DNA from: Squalus acanthias
Taxonomy: Eukaryota
Reading direction: 5' to 3'
Assembly: GCA_030390025.1 (NCBI GenBank)
Contig: CM059438.1
Location: 64,234,001-64,298,000 of the forward strand
DNA: 64,000 nt
This document shows positions 33,552 to 46,549 of this stretch, one piece after another. Both the position numbers and the translations under genes were made by a program. Within the stretch, counting starts at the first letter, position 1; every line of letters begins with the position of its first letter. The notes below the pieces were generated by a model. It searched no databases and was not told the origin of the DNA. It worked only from the letters and a program-made list of their open reading frames with translations.

Positions 33552-35010
33552 GGATAGCTAACATAATACCTATGTTTAAGAAGGGGGATAGAACATGTCA
33601 GGGAATTATAGACCAGTCAGCTTAACATCGGTGGTCGGAAAAATAATGGAATCCCTACTAAAGGAGAAAATAGAAGAACATCTAGAAACCAAAGACATAG
33701 TAATCAATAGTCAGCATGGATTTCAAAAGGGAATGTCTTGCTTGACCAACCGCATTGAATTTTTTGAAGAGGTAACAGCGAGAAGAGACAATGGTAATGC
33801 AGTAGTTGTAATTTATCTAGATTTTCAAAAGGCCTTCGATAAGGTACCCCATAATAGACTGATGAACAAGGTCAGAGAATGCGGAGTCAGGGGACAAGTA
33901 GCAGAATGGATAGCTAGCTGGCTTCAAGGCAGAAAGCAGAGAGTAGGGGTAAAAGGTAGCTATTCACAGTGGCGGAAGGTGGGTAGTGGTGTTCCACAAG
34001 AATCCATGCTGGGACCACTGTTGTTCACGATTTATATTAACGATTTAGACTTTGGAATCAAAAACACAGTTTCTAAATTTGCGGATGACACCAAATTGGG
34101 GGGATAGTCAATACTGAGGAGGACTGCAACAAATTACAGGAGGACATTAATAAACTTGCAGAATGGGCATATAATTGGCAAATGAAGTTCAACACTGATA
34201 CATGTGAGGTATTCCATTTTGGTAGGAAGAATAGGGAGGTCACTTATTACTTGGAGGGTGCAAGTCTAGGTGGGGTAGAGGAAGAAAGGGATCTCGGAAT
34301 ATAAATACACAAATCACTAAAAGTTGCGACACACATTAACAGGGCCATAAAAAAAGCAAACCAAGCACCAGGGTTTATTTCTAGAGGGATAGAATTGAAA
34401 AGTAGTGAAGTTATGCTAAACCTGTATCGAACCTTGGTTAGACCACACTTAGAGTACTGCGTACAGTTCTGGTCGCCATATTATAAAAAGGATATAAAGG
34501 CACTGGAGAGGGTGCAGAGAAGATTTACAAGGATGATACCAGAAATGCGAGGGTATACATATCAGGAAAGGATGAACAGGCTTGGTCTCTTTTCTCTTGA
34601 AAAAAGAAGGCTGAGGGGTGACCTAATAGAGATCTTTAAAATTCTGAAAGGTTTTGATAGAGTAGATACAGGAGATGTTTCCACTTGCTGGGAAGAGAAT
34701 AACTAGAGGCCATCAATATAAGATAGTCACCAAGAAATCCAATAGGGAATTCAGAAGAAACTTCTTTACCCAAAGAGTGGTGAGAATGTGAACTCGCTAC
34801 CACAGGGAGTGGTTGAAGTGAATAGTGTAGATACATTTAAGGGGAGGCTAGACAAGCGTATGAGGGGGAAGGGAATAGAGGGTTATGCTGATAGATTTAG
34901 ATGAGGAAAGACAGGAGGAGGCTTTAGTGGAGCATAAACACCGGCATGGACTGGTTGGGCCGAATGTCCTGTTCCTGTGCCGTATATCCTGTGTAATCCT
35001 ATGTAATCCT
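33552..35010 (+). mobile_element. CR1 LINE RT fragment with 3' end
   Basis: ORFs 33595-34107 and 34395-34706 ([19 protein letters not shown]); tail (tgtaatccta)n. Confidence 0.93.
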
Positions 35011-35848
35011 AATCGTACAGTAATATTGTCCTGCAGTTACCAGTTTAAGACTGGTACCTGATTTAGAACGAGATAGAGCAGCCCTGAGTTATACTGCCCA
35101 GTTGCATGTTGTTGCCCAGTCTGGGGAATGCAGCTCTGCTTGCAAGTAAGCATCGACACGCTCCATTCACCAACAGTCAGCTGCCAATTACATCTTTAGT
35201 GGTAGCAAACTGCTGATGTAAGAGGCAACTCTTAGCTGACACTAGCAACTTTCAAAATGAAAGCTTAAAAAGTTTTTAAAGCTTGCTTTAACGCAATTGG
35301 ACTGTAACCGGTGCAAGGTGGAGCTTGCTGGATGAGGGCTCACAGCACTGTCACATCCCACTAATACCCTAGTCACTTCAACACACAGACAGCAGCATTT
35401 TTAATTTTAAAAGCAGTGACACCAGCTATTTATTCTATCAGCTTTGAGCGCTAGATACACCTCGCATTTGAAACTGCTGAAATAAAGGACTGGCCTGAGG
35501 ATAAGGAGCATCACTGCCTCGCCCCTCCACCCCCTCAACTCTTCTCCCCACCCACTTCCTCCGAACCAGCTGAAGAAGCCTTTCAGATACATTGTTCTGC
35601 TTCTTTCATGGCTCTGTGCAGAAATATCAAATCTTTTCTTGCGGTGCTGTAAATATTTTTGTCTGGTACATGCACTTCCTAGCAGTGACAATTGTGCTTT
35701 TCCCAAAGCAAATATTAGTCAATTGAATCGAACATACAGGGTGATGCCTTCGAGCCATAGTCATCACTGGATAACGCAAGCTGGGCAGATTCACCCAAAT
35801 ACTAATACAGGGAGAGTCAGGCCCATTTTTACACTTCTTACAATTGAT

Positions 35849-36586
35849 GGGCCAGAATTTGCTGATGCAGGGCATCTAACGGCATCTGCCGTTAGTTAGA
35901 CTTGCCCTTGCACGTTTAGGTTTTTGAATTTTTTGGGTGGAAAGTTGCTGAAAGAGCGAGCTGATAACGGCGTAGCGAGGGAAACCGGGCATCTGGGACC
36001 CGAGTGAACAGGGCAAGCAACTGTGAATCTCAATCTCCTTAACCAATCAGATTGAAGGATTGAGAAATTAACAGCGCAAGGACTGAGAAGGAAGTGTAAA
36101 ATAGCGTGGGCGAATTCAATGTCAAACCAGCTACAGAAAGAGGAATAAAGAGAGGGGGAGAAATACTGGATAAAGAGACAGAAAGGAAATGTAAAAAAAC
36201 AATGTGATTTAACATTTTTAAAATCTCCAACAATTAAAACCTGAAGGAATGAGACTCCAGACTTGTAATAGTTATTTTTCAGTGCCAGAGTGCTCGATTG
36301 GCATTTATCATGACTTGAAATGACAAGACTTAACTTTCTGTGGCGAGTTTAGTTTGTATCGACCGCGCAAATACAGCAACTTCACGCCGCTCAATGCGGT
36401 TCAACGGTGAAGCAGACAGTGAGATGCCGTTTTCAAGAAACTAACAGCAGAGCAACTCGGATAGCAACTTTTGGATATTCGAGTATAACCGCGCAGCTTC
36501 CCTCCGCCTGTAGTTGCTGTACCATTTACACATAAATAACGGCATGCCATTAGTCTCACCATTATTTTGAAGGAAAATTCTGGCCC
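35849..36586. mobile_element. Non-autonomous TIR element (Harbinger-like)
   Basis: Perfect 12-bp TIR gggccagaattt / aaattctggccc; TSD not clean. Confidence 0.65.
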
Positions 36587-36904
36587 CTTATCTAGCCAAC
36601 AAGGACTCGCTGATCTGGAGCACCTGTGACGATACAATCGATAATGGATGCACGGGTGGTCCCGCCGATTTCTGATTGCTGATGGCAGCCTCGAAGTTTC
36701 CTGCTACAGTTTGCAGTTTTTAAGATTTTTTTTTGGCTTCAGCATTTCAGACCAATCCCATAGGAAAGCCCTTTCCCTAATGACCTGTTTTAATCTGTAT
36801 CTATGTTAATTGGTACGAGTCTAGTGATCAAAGAGAAAACCCTCCTCACTGGAGTTTGACTTACCGATTATATCATGTGGGCTCGTGTGATCTTATTGGA
36901 CTTG

Positions 36905-37385
36905 GAATAAGAACATAAGAAATAGGAGCAGGAGTCGGCCATATGGCCCCTCGAGCCTGCTCCGCCATTCAATAAGATCATGGCTGATCATCAACCTCAA
37001 CTCCACTTTCCTGCCTGATCTCCATATCCCTTGATTCCCCTAGAGTACAAAAATCTATCTATCTTAGCCTTGAATATACTCAGAGATTCAGCATTCACAG
37101 CCCTCTGGGGCATAGAATTCCAAAGATTCACAACCCTCTGAGTGAAGAAATTCCTCCTCATCTCAGTCTTAAATGCCCGACCCCTTATCCTGAGACTATA
37201 CCCCCTAGTTCCAGACTCTCCAGCCAGGGGAAACAACCTCTCAGCATCTACCCTGTCAATCCCCCTCAGAATCTTATATGTTTCAATGAGATCACCTCTC
37301 ATTCTTCTAAACTCCAGAGAGTATAGGCCCATTCTACACAATCTCTCATCTTAGGACAGCCCTCTCATCCCCGGATCAATCTTCA
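36905..37385 (-). mobile_element. CR1 3' fragment
   Basis: ORF 36997-37341; taagaacataagaaataggagcagg tail. Confidence 0.92.
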
Positions 37386-37429
37386 CTAACCATAGGTTAG
37401 GCTATAAACAAGTGAACAGATTTATTAAA

Positions 37430-38135
37430 TAGTAAATTTACTAAATGGTGAAAGATTGGGGAATGCAGGTGCTCAAAGGGACCTGGGTGTCCCTGTACAT
37501 GAGTCACTGAAAGTGAATGTGCAGGTGCAGCAAGCCATTAGAAAGGCAAATGGTATGCTGGCCTTCATTACAAGAGGATTTGAGTACAGGAGTAAAGAAG
37601 TCTTACTCCAATTATATAGGGCCTTGGTGAGACCATAGAGGGGGTGCAACGAAGGTTCACGAGATTGATTCCTGGGATGGCGGGACTGTCGTATGAGAAG
37701 AGATTGAGTAAACTAGGCCTGTATTCTCTTGAATTCAGAAGAATGAGAGGGGATCTCATTGAAGCATACAAAATTATTACAGGGCTTGATAGGGTGGATG
37801 CTGGGAGAATGTTTCCCTTGGCTGAGGAGTCTAGAACCAGGGGCCACAGCCTCAGGATAAAGGGTAGGTCATTCAGGACTGAGATTAGAAGAAATTTCTT
37901 CACACAGAGGGTGGTGAATATTTGGAATTCTCTACCCCAGAGGGCTGTGGAGGCTCAGTTGTTGGGTATATTCAAAACAGAAGTCGATACATTTCTGACT
38001 AGTAAGGGCATCAAGGGATATGACGATAGGGCCAGTGAATGGAGTTGAGGCAGAAGATCAGCCATGATCTCATTAAATGGCGGAGCAGGCTCGAAGGGCC
38101 GAATGGCTTATTCCTGCTCCTATTTCTTAGGTTAT
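37430..38135 (+). mobile_element. CR1 3' fragment with internal deletion near 37636
   Basis: ORFs 37456-37638 and 37644-38048; CR1 tail. Confidence 0.92.
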
Positions 38136-38894
38136 GTAAATGGATGAGTGAACAGAAGTAATAACATATTTTAGATTTTCAATAGTTACAGGCTTAACTA
38201 TCTGTTATTGTAAGATAGAAAACTAACCAATAGCCACCTATGTTGTGTGAAAATGCATTGGAAATAACAAGGTCCCTATTATTACCCTTGATGTGGCTGA
38301 TCATCCATGGAGACTCTCTGGCCTGTCTATCTCTCTCTGATGACTTCAGACAGATGACTTAATTGGAGCAAGGCAGGCTGAGAAATACTTTTCAAAATTT
38401 GAACAGATGGAGGAGATTTAAATATGCATTTCCTAAACTCAAAATGAGTTACCAGTCAAAATAAATATCCCAAACAAAACCCACAAGAGGCTTGTATTTG
38501 AATTGAATTGCTTAGCCCTGCCTTTGGCCAGACCAGACCAGGCGATCTAAATTGGACCATTTTCTGCCGGTGAATTTGGTTTTTAATCCCTGTATGTACC
38601 ATGACAGAAAGAAAGAAGCCAATAGTATGACACATCATAGACAAAGATGCATCAGACCCAAGATTGTGTCTTCTGCAAGCTTTCACCGGAAGCACATGAA
38701 GGTCTTTGAGGTTTGTGCCAAAACAAGTCATCGGTTACATATTTCTGACAGGAATATTATTTCCAGATAACTGCGGTGATGCAGCTCCACAAATGTTTCA
38801 GTTGATGAACCAATGTGTAACAGAGCACTATAGTGCCTGTCATGACCTTAGGACATCCCAAAGCACTTTATAGCCAAATAATTACTTTAAAAAA

Positions 38895-39503
38895 ATTCAT
38901 TCACGGGATGTGGGTGTCGCTGGCAAGGCCAGCATATATTGCCCATCCCTAATTGCCTTTGAGAAGGTAGTGGTGAGCCGCCTCCTTGAACCGCTGCAGT
39001 CCGTGTGGTGAAGGCACTCCCGCAGTGCTGTTAGGGAGGGAGTGCCAGGATTTTGACCCAGTGACGATGAAGGATCGGCGATATACTTCCAAGTCAGATT
39101 GGTCTGTGACTTGGACAGGAACGTAGACATGGTGGTGGTGTTCCCGTGCGCCTGCTGCCCTTGTCCTTCTAGGTGGTAGAGATCGCGGGCTTGGGAGGTG
39201 CTGTTGAAGAAGCCTTGACGAGTTTCTGAGGTGCATCTTGTACCTGGTATACACTGCAGCCACGGTGCGCCGGTGGTGGAGGGAGTGAATGTTTAAGGTG
39301 GTGGATGGGGTGCCAATCAAGCGGGCTGATTTATGCTGGGTGGTGTCGAGCTTCTTGAGTGTTTTTGGAGCTGAACTCATCCAGGCAAGTGGAGAGTATT
39401 CCATCACACTCCTTACTTGTGCCTTGTAGATGGTGGAAAGTCTTTGGAGAATCACGAGGTGAGACACTCGCCACAGAATACCGAGCCTCTGACCTGCTCT
39501 TGT
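38895..39503 (-). mobile_element. CR1-group LINE family 2, 3' fragment
   Basis: ORF reading YKAQVRSVMEYSPLAW...HHYLLKGN followed by a short 3' UTR ending (tgaa)n. Confidence 0.88.
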
Positions 39504-39524
39504 AACTTGCTTTTGATGTGTAGT

Positions 39525-40250
39525 CACTGATATGCAAATAAATGCAGCAGCAATTTGCTCACAGCAAGCAGCAAACAAGATGAATGAGCAGTTAATCTAT
39601 ATTTAGCGGTATTCATTGAGGGAGGAATGCTGCCCAGGACACCAAGATAATTCCTTACACTTCTTTGAATAGCATGGAATCTTTTAGACCCTCCTGAACA
39701 AGCAACAGGACCTCGGTCCAATATCTTATCATGCAAGACAGGGACCTTGGACGATGACGACAACAACAACTTGCATTTATGTGGCACCCTTATCATAAAG
39801 CAACATTTAAAGATCCTTCACAAATAGGCATCAAGGATATGGACCCCAAGCCAGGGAGGGAGCGATTAGGAGAGGTGACTGAAAGCTCGGCCACAGAGAT
39901 GGGTATTGAGATTTTTAATGTGGCGGAGGGGTTTATTGAGTGAGCTCCAAAGAGTAGGATCAAGGCGGCTGAAGGCTCTGCCACCAATTGTGGGGTTAAG
40001 AGGGGTGCAGAGAAAGCTGGAATCAGAAAAAAACAGAACATTTTGGAGTTGTTATAGGCCTTCAGAAGATTGGTGATGCCAGCCTTGATTTATGAACAGG
40101 AACAAAGATTTTGAATTTCCTGTGTTGGGGGACACTCCCTCAGTACTGCCCCTGAAGTTTCAGTCTACATTATATGCTCAAGTCCTGGAGTGGGGCTCAA
40201 ACCCACCATCTCTTGGCTCAGAAGCAAAAGTGCTAACAACTGAACCAAGA
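39525..40250 (-). mobile_element. Degenerate SacSINE1-type pieces with an intervening old L2 tail (39757-40125)
   Basis: Partial matches to the SINE body and head and to the L2 tail caacaacttgcatttat. Confidence 0.55.
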
Positions 40251-40861
40251 CACGGGGATTTGCTTGAGTGTTACTGCAGATTTTCATAAACCTACTGCTA
40301 TAAAAGAAAGAACCCAAATAGTGAGAATGAAAACTCCTGATGTGATGTCAAATGCTTTTATGTAACCGTGAGAATCCTCTGGGGAAACAGCCGGGGGGGG
40401 GGGGGGGGGAAGGGGGGGGTGCGGGGGTTGGGGGGGGGGGTGTGTTGGTATAGACAAAGATCTTCCTCTTCAAAGACGACCTCTATGTTGAACTGGCAGT
40501 ACCTGTCTCCTCAGAACAGCGCTGGGATTTCTTCAGCCCACAAGAGAAAGCCTGCAGAAAAGTCAGAAGCAAACAAGGTAGTGTAATTTTAATGAGATAC
40601 CATAGGGAAATTAAGAATTGCAGAACTGGGAAGTTGAGTGACATGATGCTTTTTATAATATGACACTGCAGAGCCTGTTAATTATCACTTCCACTGTAAC
40701 TGCCAATCTATTGTCAATTTTTAATGCCCAATTATTTTTATTTGTTTTGGCTCTTTTTCTTTCTGAGTTACTTTCTTCCCCGCCGCCCCCCCCACCCACC
40801 CTCCTCCCCAACGAGTGCAATACTTCATTCCCTCAGGAGGCGGGCCAACTCAAAACCTGAT

Positions 40862-42307
40862 GGAGGCAATTTTCGATGGCTTGTTCAGGTGGCCAAGATG
40901 GGGTCTTGAGCTAAAACGCCAGTTTAGCTCGCGTTCAGCGCAAGACGCTATCTTGGAAAAGGAGTTGAAGAGTTGAAGCTTGCGCTAGGAATGGCCACCC
41001 GGAGGATTGTTAAGCAGCTGATTACCACTTAAATTGCCTGCTAGCGCTCATTAAGGAGGCTGTATGGCATTGTGTTGGATAGCACTTGACCTAACGCCCT
41101 CTTCGAACAGCGACCAGCTGAATAAGAATAAACAAGTCGTTGCTGATGATTTTGAGTGCTACTTAAAGATAGATCACCCTTTAAGCAACGCCTCGATTTC
41201 AAAATTCTCATCCTTGTTTTCAAATCCCTCCATGGCCTCGCCCCTTCCTATCTCTGTAATCTCCTTCAGCCCCACAACCCCCACCGAGATATCTGCGCTC
41301 CTCTAATTCTGCCCTCTTGAGCATCCCTGATTATAATCGCTCAACCTTTGGTGGCCGTGCCTTCTGTTGCCGAGGCCCTAAGCTCTGGAATTCAAAACCT
41401 AAACCTGTCCGCCTCGCTACCTCTTTCCTCCTTTAAGACGCTCCGTAAAACCTACCTCTTTGACCAAGCTTTTGGTCACCTGCCCTAGTTTATCCTTGTG
41501 TTGCTCGGTGTCAATTCTTTTGTCTTAAAATACTCCTGTGCAGCGCCTTGGGACGTTTTACTACATTAAAGGCGCTATATAAATACAAGTTGTTGTTGTT
41601 GTTGTACTGTTCACTTGCTGCTGGAGGTTTGAAGAGAGACTTTCTGGGACACTTTGTCAAGACTTCACCAACACTCTATCTACATTTATTCTGGAAATTC
41701 TCTGAGGACTTCACCTGAGAAGTGTGAGTGCTGTGCTACTCTAACTTATTGGACACTTTATAGGAGTCACCAGGAGAAAGGGAGTGCTTGGTCATCGGCA
41801 CCTTGCTGGGGGTCCCCCCTTGGTCTGCAGGAGGAATGGGAGGAGGACATGAGGCCAGGCAGTGCAGCACCAGCTGCTGCAGGAGAGAGGGACAGGAGGG
41901 ACAGCAGGGTGAGGTGGACCCCTTCCCCGCTACGAGTACAGGACATCCCACCTCCTCTGGACCTCCTCCACCAGGACCTCCAGTGCTGCATCCGAGAACC
42001 TGTGCGCCTTATCACTCGGCCTCTGAGCCATTTAAAACCTGCCGTTGTGTGCCAGTCAGCACACTCCACACCTTCAGTGGAAGTGGGTGCAAGGAGCCCA
42101 CATATACTGCTCCAGGAAAACTGTGTCTAATCAGCGCTTGAGTGCTAAACCTGCAGGTGTCGGTTTTCGCACCTCCAGGCAAGTTCAAGTTATGGTAATC
42201 AGCGACTAGGGCCAGAATTGTGTGCTAGATCCAGACTTTCAAGCCGGCGTGTCTTAGCACAGCACCCATTTAGCGCCTGTTTTCACCCTTTCACCAAAAT
42301 AACCCCC
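40862..42307. mobile_element. Probable Harbinger-derived remnant, interrupted by L2
   Basis: Imperfect termini ggaggcaatttt / aaaataaccccc; GC-rich interior on both sides of the L2. Confidence 0.4.
41178..41604 (+). mobile_element. L2 3' fragment
   Basis: Near-identical to the reverse complement of 59568-59980; (gtt)n tail. Confidence 0.92.
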
Positions 42308-42579
42308 TGTGCGCCTTACCAACAGCCTTATACTGCTTATGGGTTTCAATGACTTGTGGACCCAACAACAGTGACTGCATTTTTAAAGTAATCAAGTGCT
42401 TGTCGCTTGTTTTGGAACATCCTGAGGTTGCGATGAGATGCTATATAGATGTAAATTCTTTAAAGATGCGCATTAGACCAGAATAAAAGAGTGACACTGG
42501 CTTGAAACCAAACTGGGTTTGCCAGGGGTTATGTAATGTTGGTTAGGGAGGAACTGCACCTACTAACATCACTTAAGAA

Positions 42580-43130
42580 AATGATCTGGCCATTATCTCA
42601 TTGCTGTTTGTGGGACCTTGCCTTGCTGTGTGCAACTTGGCTGCAAAGTTTCCGAGACCTCAGATACTCACCTCTCCACACTTGCACCCATCACTTACCT
42701 CCAAAGCACACTTTTGGACCCCTCCGACCCCCGCAGACCCACTGCTCGCCTCGGTGACCCTGGCGGGTTTCGGAGCCTTCGGGAAGCCTGCACTTGTGAG
42801 GGCAAAAAGGGGATAATCCTATTTTCTGCCTGTTAACTACCTGTTAACAGGCAGTTAAATGGCTGTAATCCCTTCCCGCCTCCAAGGAGACGGGACCCGG
42901 CGCGGGACGGCTACCCACCTCCTGGCAAGATGGCATGGAGGCGGACTGGGGGCAAGTTGGGCACCCGCCCCCAATTTCTGCCATTTTCCCGGCAGTCCCG
43001 CCTCCAAACCCACCTCCCCAGGGCTGGCAAAATCCAGCCCGTATTTCAAAGAGTACTTCATTGGCTGTAAAGCACTTTGGGACGTCCTGAGGTCATGACA
43101 GGCACTATAGAAATGCAAGTCTTTCTTTCT
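42580..43130 (+). mobile_element. SacSINE1-type 3' half, interrupted at ~42655-43040 by half of a Harbinger-type MITE
   Basis: The insert is reverse-complementary to ~49380-49750 and ends aaaatccagccc. Confidence 0.75.
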
Positions 43131-43782
43131 TACTGTGCTGTTAATAAATAAGCTCAGTTCTCTCTTTTAATCAACGTCTGACCACTGCTGTCTGTTTTCC
43201 ACCATTAAAGCCTGGGACCTTTGGGTGAACCAAGTCCCAAACCTATCAGAAGTTTCTAAACTAGCCCCTCCTTACAATGTAACAGGAGACCGTGGGGCTG
43301 TGTACATCCTATGTGAACATATCTCTAATGCAACTCCACGTATCCTATTTACACGTCCCCTTTCGGTACATGTGCTGTAGGTTACTGTTCCTGAATGAGG
43401 TTGATAGTTTATTATTAATAGAATTGGTACTGGGTTAGCCATGTCTTACCACAGAGGAAGAAAGCATCTAATCAACACCGGGCCATGAAATCAAAGTCAA
43501 CAAACAGCAGCAGAGCTAAAATAGAAAGACCTGCAACATCCTAGGACCATTAAGGCGGCAATCACTGATGTTAAATCTTAAGAAGTCTTGCAGACAAGAA
43601 ATTCCAACACCTCATTTAGATACCAGACACTCGCAAAAAAACTGCCTTTTGGGAGCCATTAGAGCAATGTATTTAAGAGGGTATTTTTATATGCTTCCTC
43701 TGTTAGAAAGGGAACCATAAACGATATGTAGTATTGTTAGGGACCATGTATGTGATTTTAAGAACAACTCCACATTTTTTTT

Positions 43783-43850
43783 TATTCATTCATGGGATGT
43801 GGGCGTCGCTGGCAAGGCCAGCATTTATTGACCATCCCTAATTGCCCTTG
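43783..43850 (-). mobile_element. LINE family 2 terminal tail
   Basis: attcattcatgggatgtgggcgtcgctggcaaggccagcatttattg. Confidence 0.8.
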
Positions 43851-44865
43851 ATACATAAAACATGCAAATCCATTTATTTGCCTACTTACAACCAATTTCC
43901 ATTCTCACAGTCAGCTTTATCTATTTTAATACCAATTACTTTTATTTATTAAGTCCTTTTTTTCTATCCAATTTTACACTGGACTGTTTGCTTAAAAGAA
44001 TATTTTAGCATATAAAAAAGCTTGCTTTCTCAGCTAGATTTTTTTATTACGGAAGTATATGAGGGTTTGAAGGATTCTCTTCAATTTTGATCTGCAGTTT
44101 AAAAAAAAGATAAAATATGACATAAATTGACAACCATTACTTCTGTTCTGAAATAACACTTACAGCAATAATTTGCATGTATTTATCTATTCAATTCATC
44201 TTTGTTGTGCTATAGACCTAGATTATAGTGATTACTTGTTAATAGCACTGAAGTTCAGTATGGCTAACATATGTCTGTAGAGATAAATCTATTTGTCACA
44301 TTTGAAAATGCAATCTCCAGGGAGCTGAGAATTTCCATTATCTATAAACTGTCACCCTTGAAATGGCTGCCAGATGATGTGACGGGGGAAGTGATTCGGT
44401 AAATCACAACACGCAATGCAAATCTGGAAAACTCTGTACTTGCTATATTGCGGGTGATTTGCTACCCAAACAATTCAACTTTGCATTAAAAAAGTCCTGG
44501 GCACGGGGAAGATCAGGTTTCTGAGCGATACACGAGGAAGTAAACTAAATATACTCGGCTCTTATCCACTGGCTATATTGATGGAGATAATCTGGATGAG
44601 GTGAATCCTGTGGATATAATTCAGAAGTGATGTACCTACCAAGGTATTAAATTGTGATGAAAGTTTGTGATCCTGAAGATGAGGGATGCTAATGTCAAGG
44701 AATCAATCCCTTTACAATTATTTGGTATCCAGTGTTAAAGTTACGCCAGTTCCACGTCACCCTTCTATCGGTCAAGCTCTCTGTGCTGTTTCCCCCCACC
44801 ATGTGCCTTTGGCCCAGTCTTTGAAAGTCACTCACATGACATTTGTTTCTCAGCTTTTTCTTCTG

Positions 44866-45205
44866 TCCTCCCCTCCCCTCACCTCCTTCCCCCCTACTCC
44901 TCCTCTCTCCTCCTCCTCCTCTCCCCAGCTGTTTTCCTCCTCTCCTCGTGCTCTCCTCTAATCCTCCTCTCCTCCTCCTCCTCTCCTCAGCTGTTTTCCT
45001 CCTCTCCTCGTGCTCTCCTCTAATCCTCCTCTCCTCCTCAGCTGTTTTCCTCCTCTCCTCTAATCCTCCTCTCCTCCTCCTCCTCTCCTCAGCTGTTTTC
45101 CTCCTCTCCTCTAATCCTCCTCTCCTCCTCCTCCTCTCCTCAGCTGTTTTCCTCCTCTCCTCCTGCTCTCCTCTAATCCTCCTCTCCTCCTCCTCCTCTC
45201 CTCTC
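44866..45205. repeat. Polypyrimidine minisatellite (ctctcctcagctgttttcctcctctcctc...taatcctc)n
   Basis: About 5 imperfect units, each with cagctgtttt. Confidence 0.9.
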
Positions 45206-46549
45206 GTCTCTTTTCCACATCAGCCATCAGTGTGACTTCTGTAGTGAGAGTGCCAGTTTAGTGCTAATTAATGCCAACTGTGGAGTCTATGGTACATTCT
45301 GAGTAGTTGTGTGCTGTGCTGCCCCATCCACTGGGTAATAGAGAGTTCCAGCAGAGTCAGAAAGAGAGTGAGCACACCTTAAACTGGATTACAACTGAGG
45401 TCACAGAGATGAAAGGTTCTAACCTATTGTGTCAGCAAGTCTTTGTCATAATCACTTTTAACAGAAAAGCATAGAATTAAACAATTTAACAGACTCTCAG
45501 ACTATGTAATGTAACAAATACCATATACATTCATGTGCATTCATCTAGTCTGGTTTCTGTCTTGCCCACAACACTGAGACCACACTGGGCACACTTCGCT
45601 GTGTAATTAAGAGACCTGTTTGCTGCCAGTGCAGATGCACAGCACCAGCTCCTTGTATTTAGCTTACTCTTAAGAGATGGGCTTGATCTGATAGGGGATT
45701 AGTCGACCCACATTGACATGTTTTACAATCTGTTCTCTGTAGGTCATGTTGTTTACATTGCAGAATGCAACCAATGGAGAGAGAGCAGACTGTCTGCCTT
45801 CCAGCTATCGCACTTCTCTAATGTAACAGCACCTGCGGAATTCTCTCTCACCAGTTCGAGGCTTGGTCAGGGATTTTCAGTGAAATTATGCCCTCGTAAT
45901 GCTTTGTGATTTCTTACCTCAGGTTTAATGGTGAACAATTTGCAACAGTCTATGGGGAAATGCCACAACTACACTGTGAAACATTTATTATCTGATGCGG
46001 TAATTATCTAGTCTGCACATCAAAGATAAACGAGATGTTTAATGGGAAGATTTTTTTACACCTTTCATTTCTGGAGTTATTTATGGATTTGAGACCTATA
46101 AGGATTTTAATGACAATTACGAGTCGCATTATATTGAAGGAGCAAAGCTGAACTGAGGGTTTCTTTAATGCTTTCTTGATTAGTTCACAGTTTCTAAGTG
46201 GTGAATTCATGTACATGGTTACCAGCTCAATGTACGTCACTGAGGGCTGCAGGGACATGAGGTAATGCACCTCTGTAGCTCCCAGAGGGGGAATATTCAT
46301 CCTCCTCGCTAAATTTCCTGAGTTATCTCAGCTGTTTATGAAACTGCAGTAAAAGCCATTGCTATTACAATAAAAGTGAGTTTATTTAATTGTGTTGTGC
46401 TCTTAAAGGGCCACTATTGCCTGACTGGAAGGCTCATAGGTAGATTCAGTGCCTGATAGGCACCATGGGATGATCAATTCTTTCATATTAGTTTTTGGCA
46501 TGTGGGCAGTATTGTTTTCTACAATTGAGTGTCTTGCTTGGCCATTTCA

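Noticed and set aside
36905..38135. Back-to-back CR1 pieces as a single 5'-inverted insertion
   Set aside because: Both carry their own 3' tails and differ in sequence, so they are two independent insertions
40450..40580. Protein-like reading frames and a minus-strand acceptor next to a G-run
   Set aside because: No recognisable homology, and the strands give conflicting models
44686..45235. Leu/Ser/Pro-rich ORFs
   Set aside because: Derived from the polypyrimidine tandem repeat
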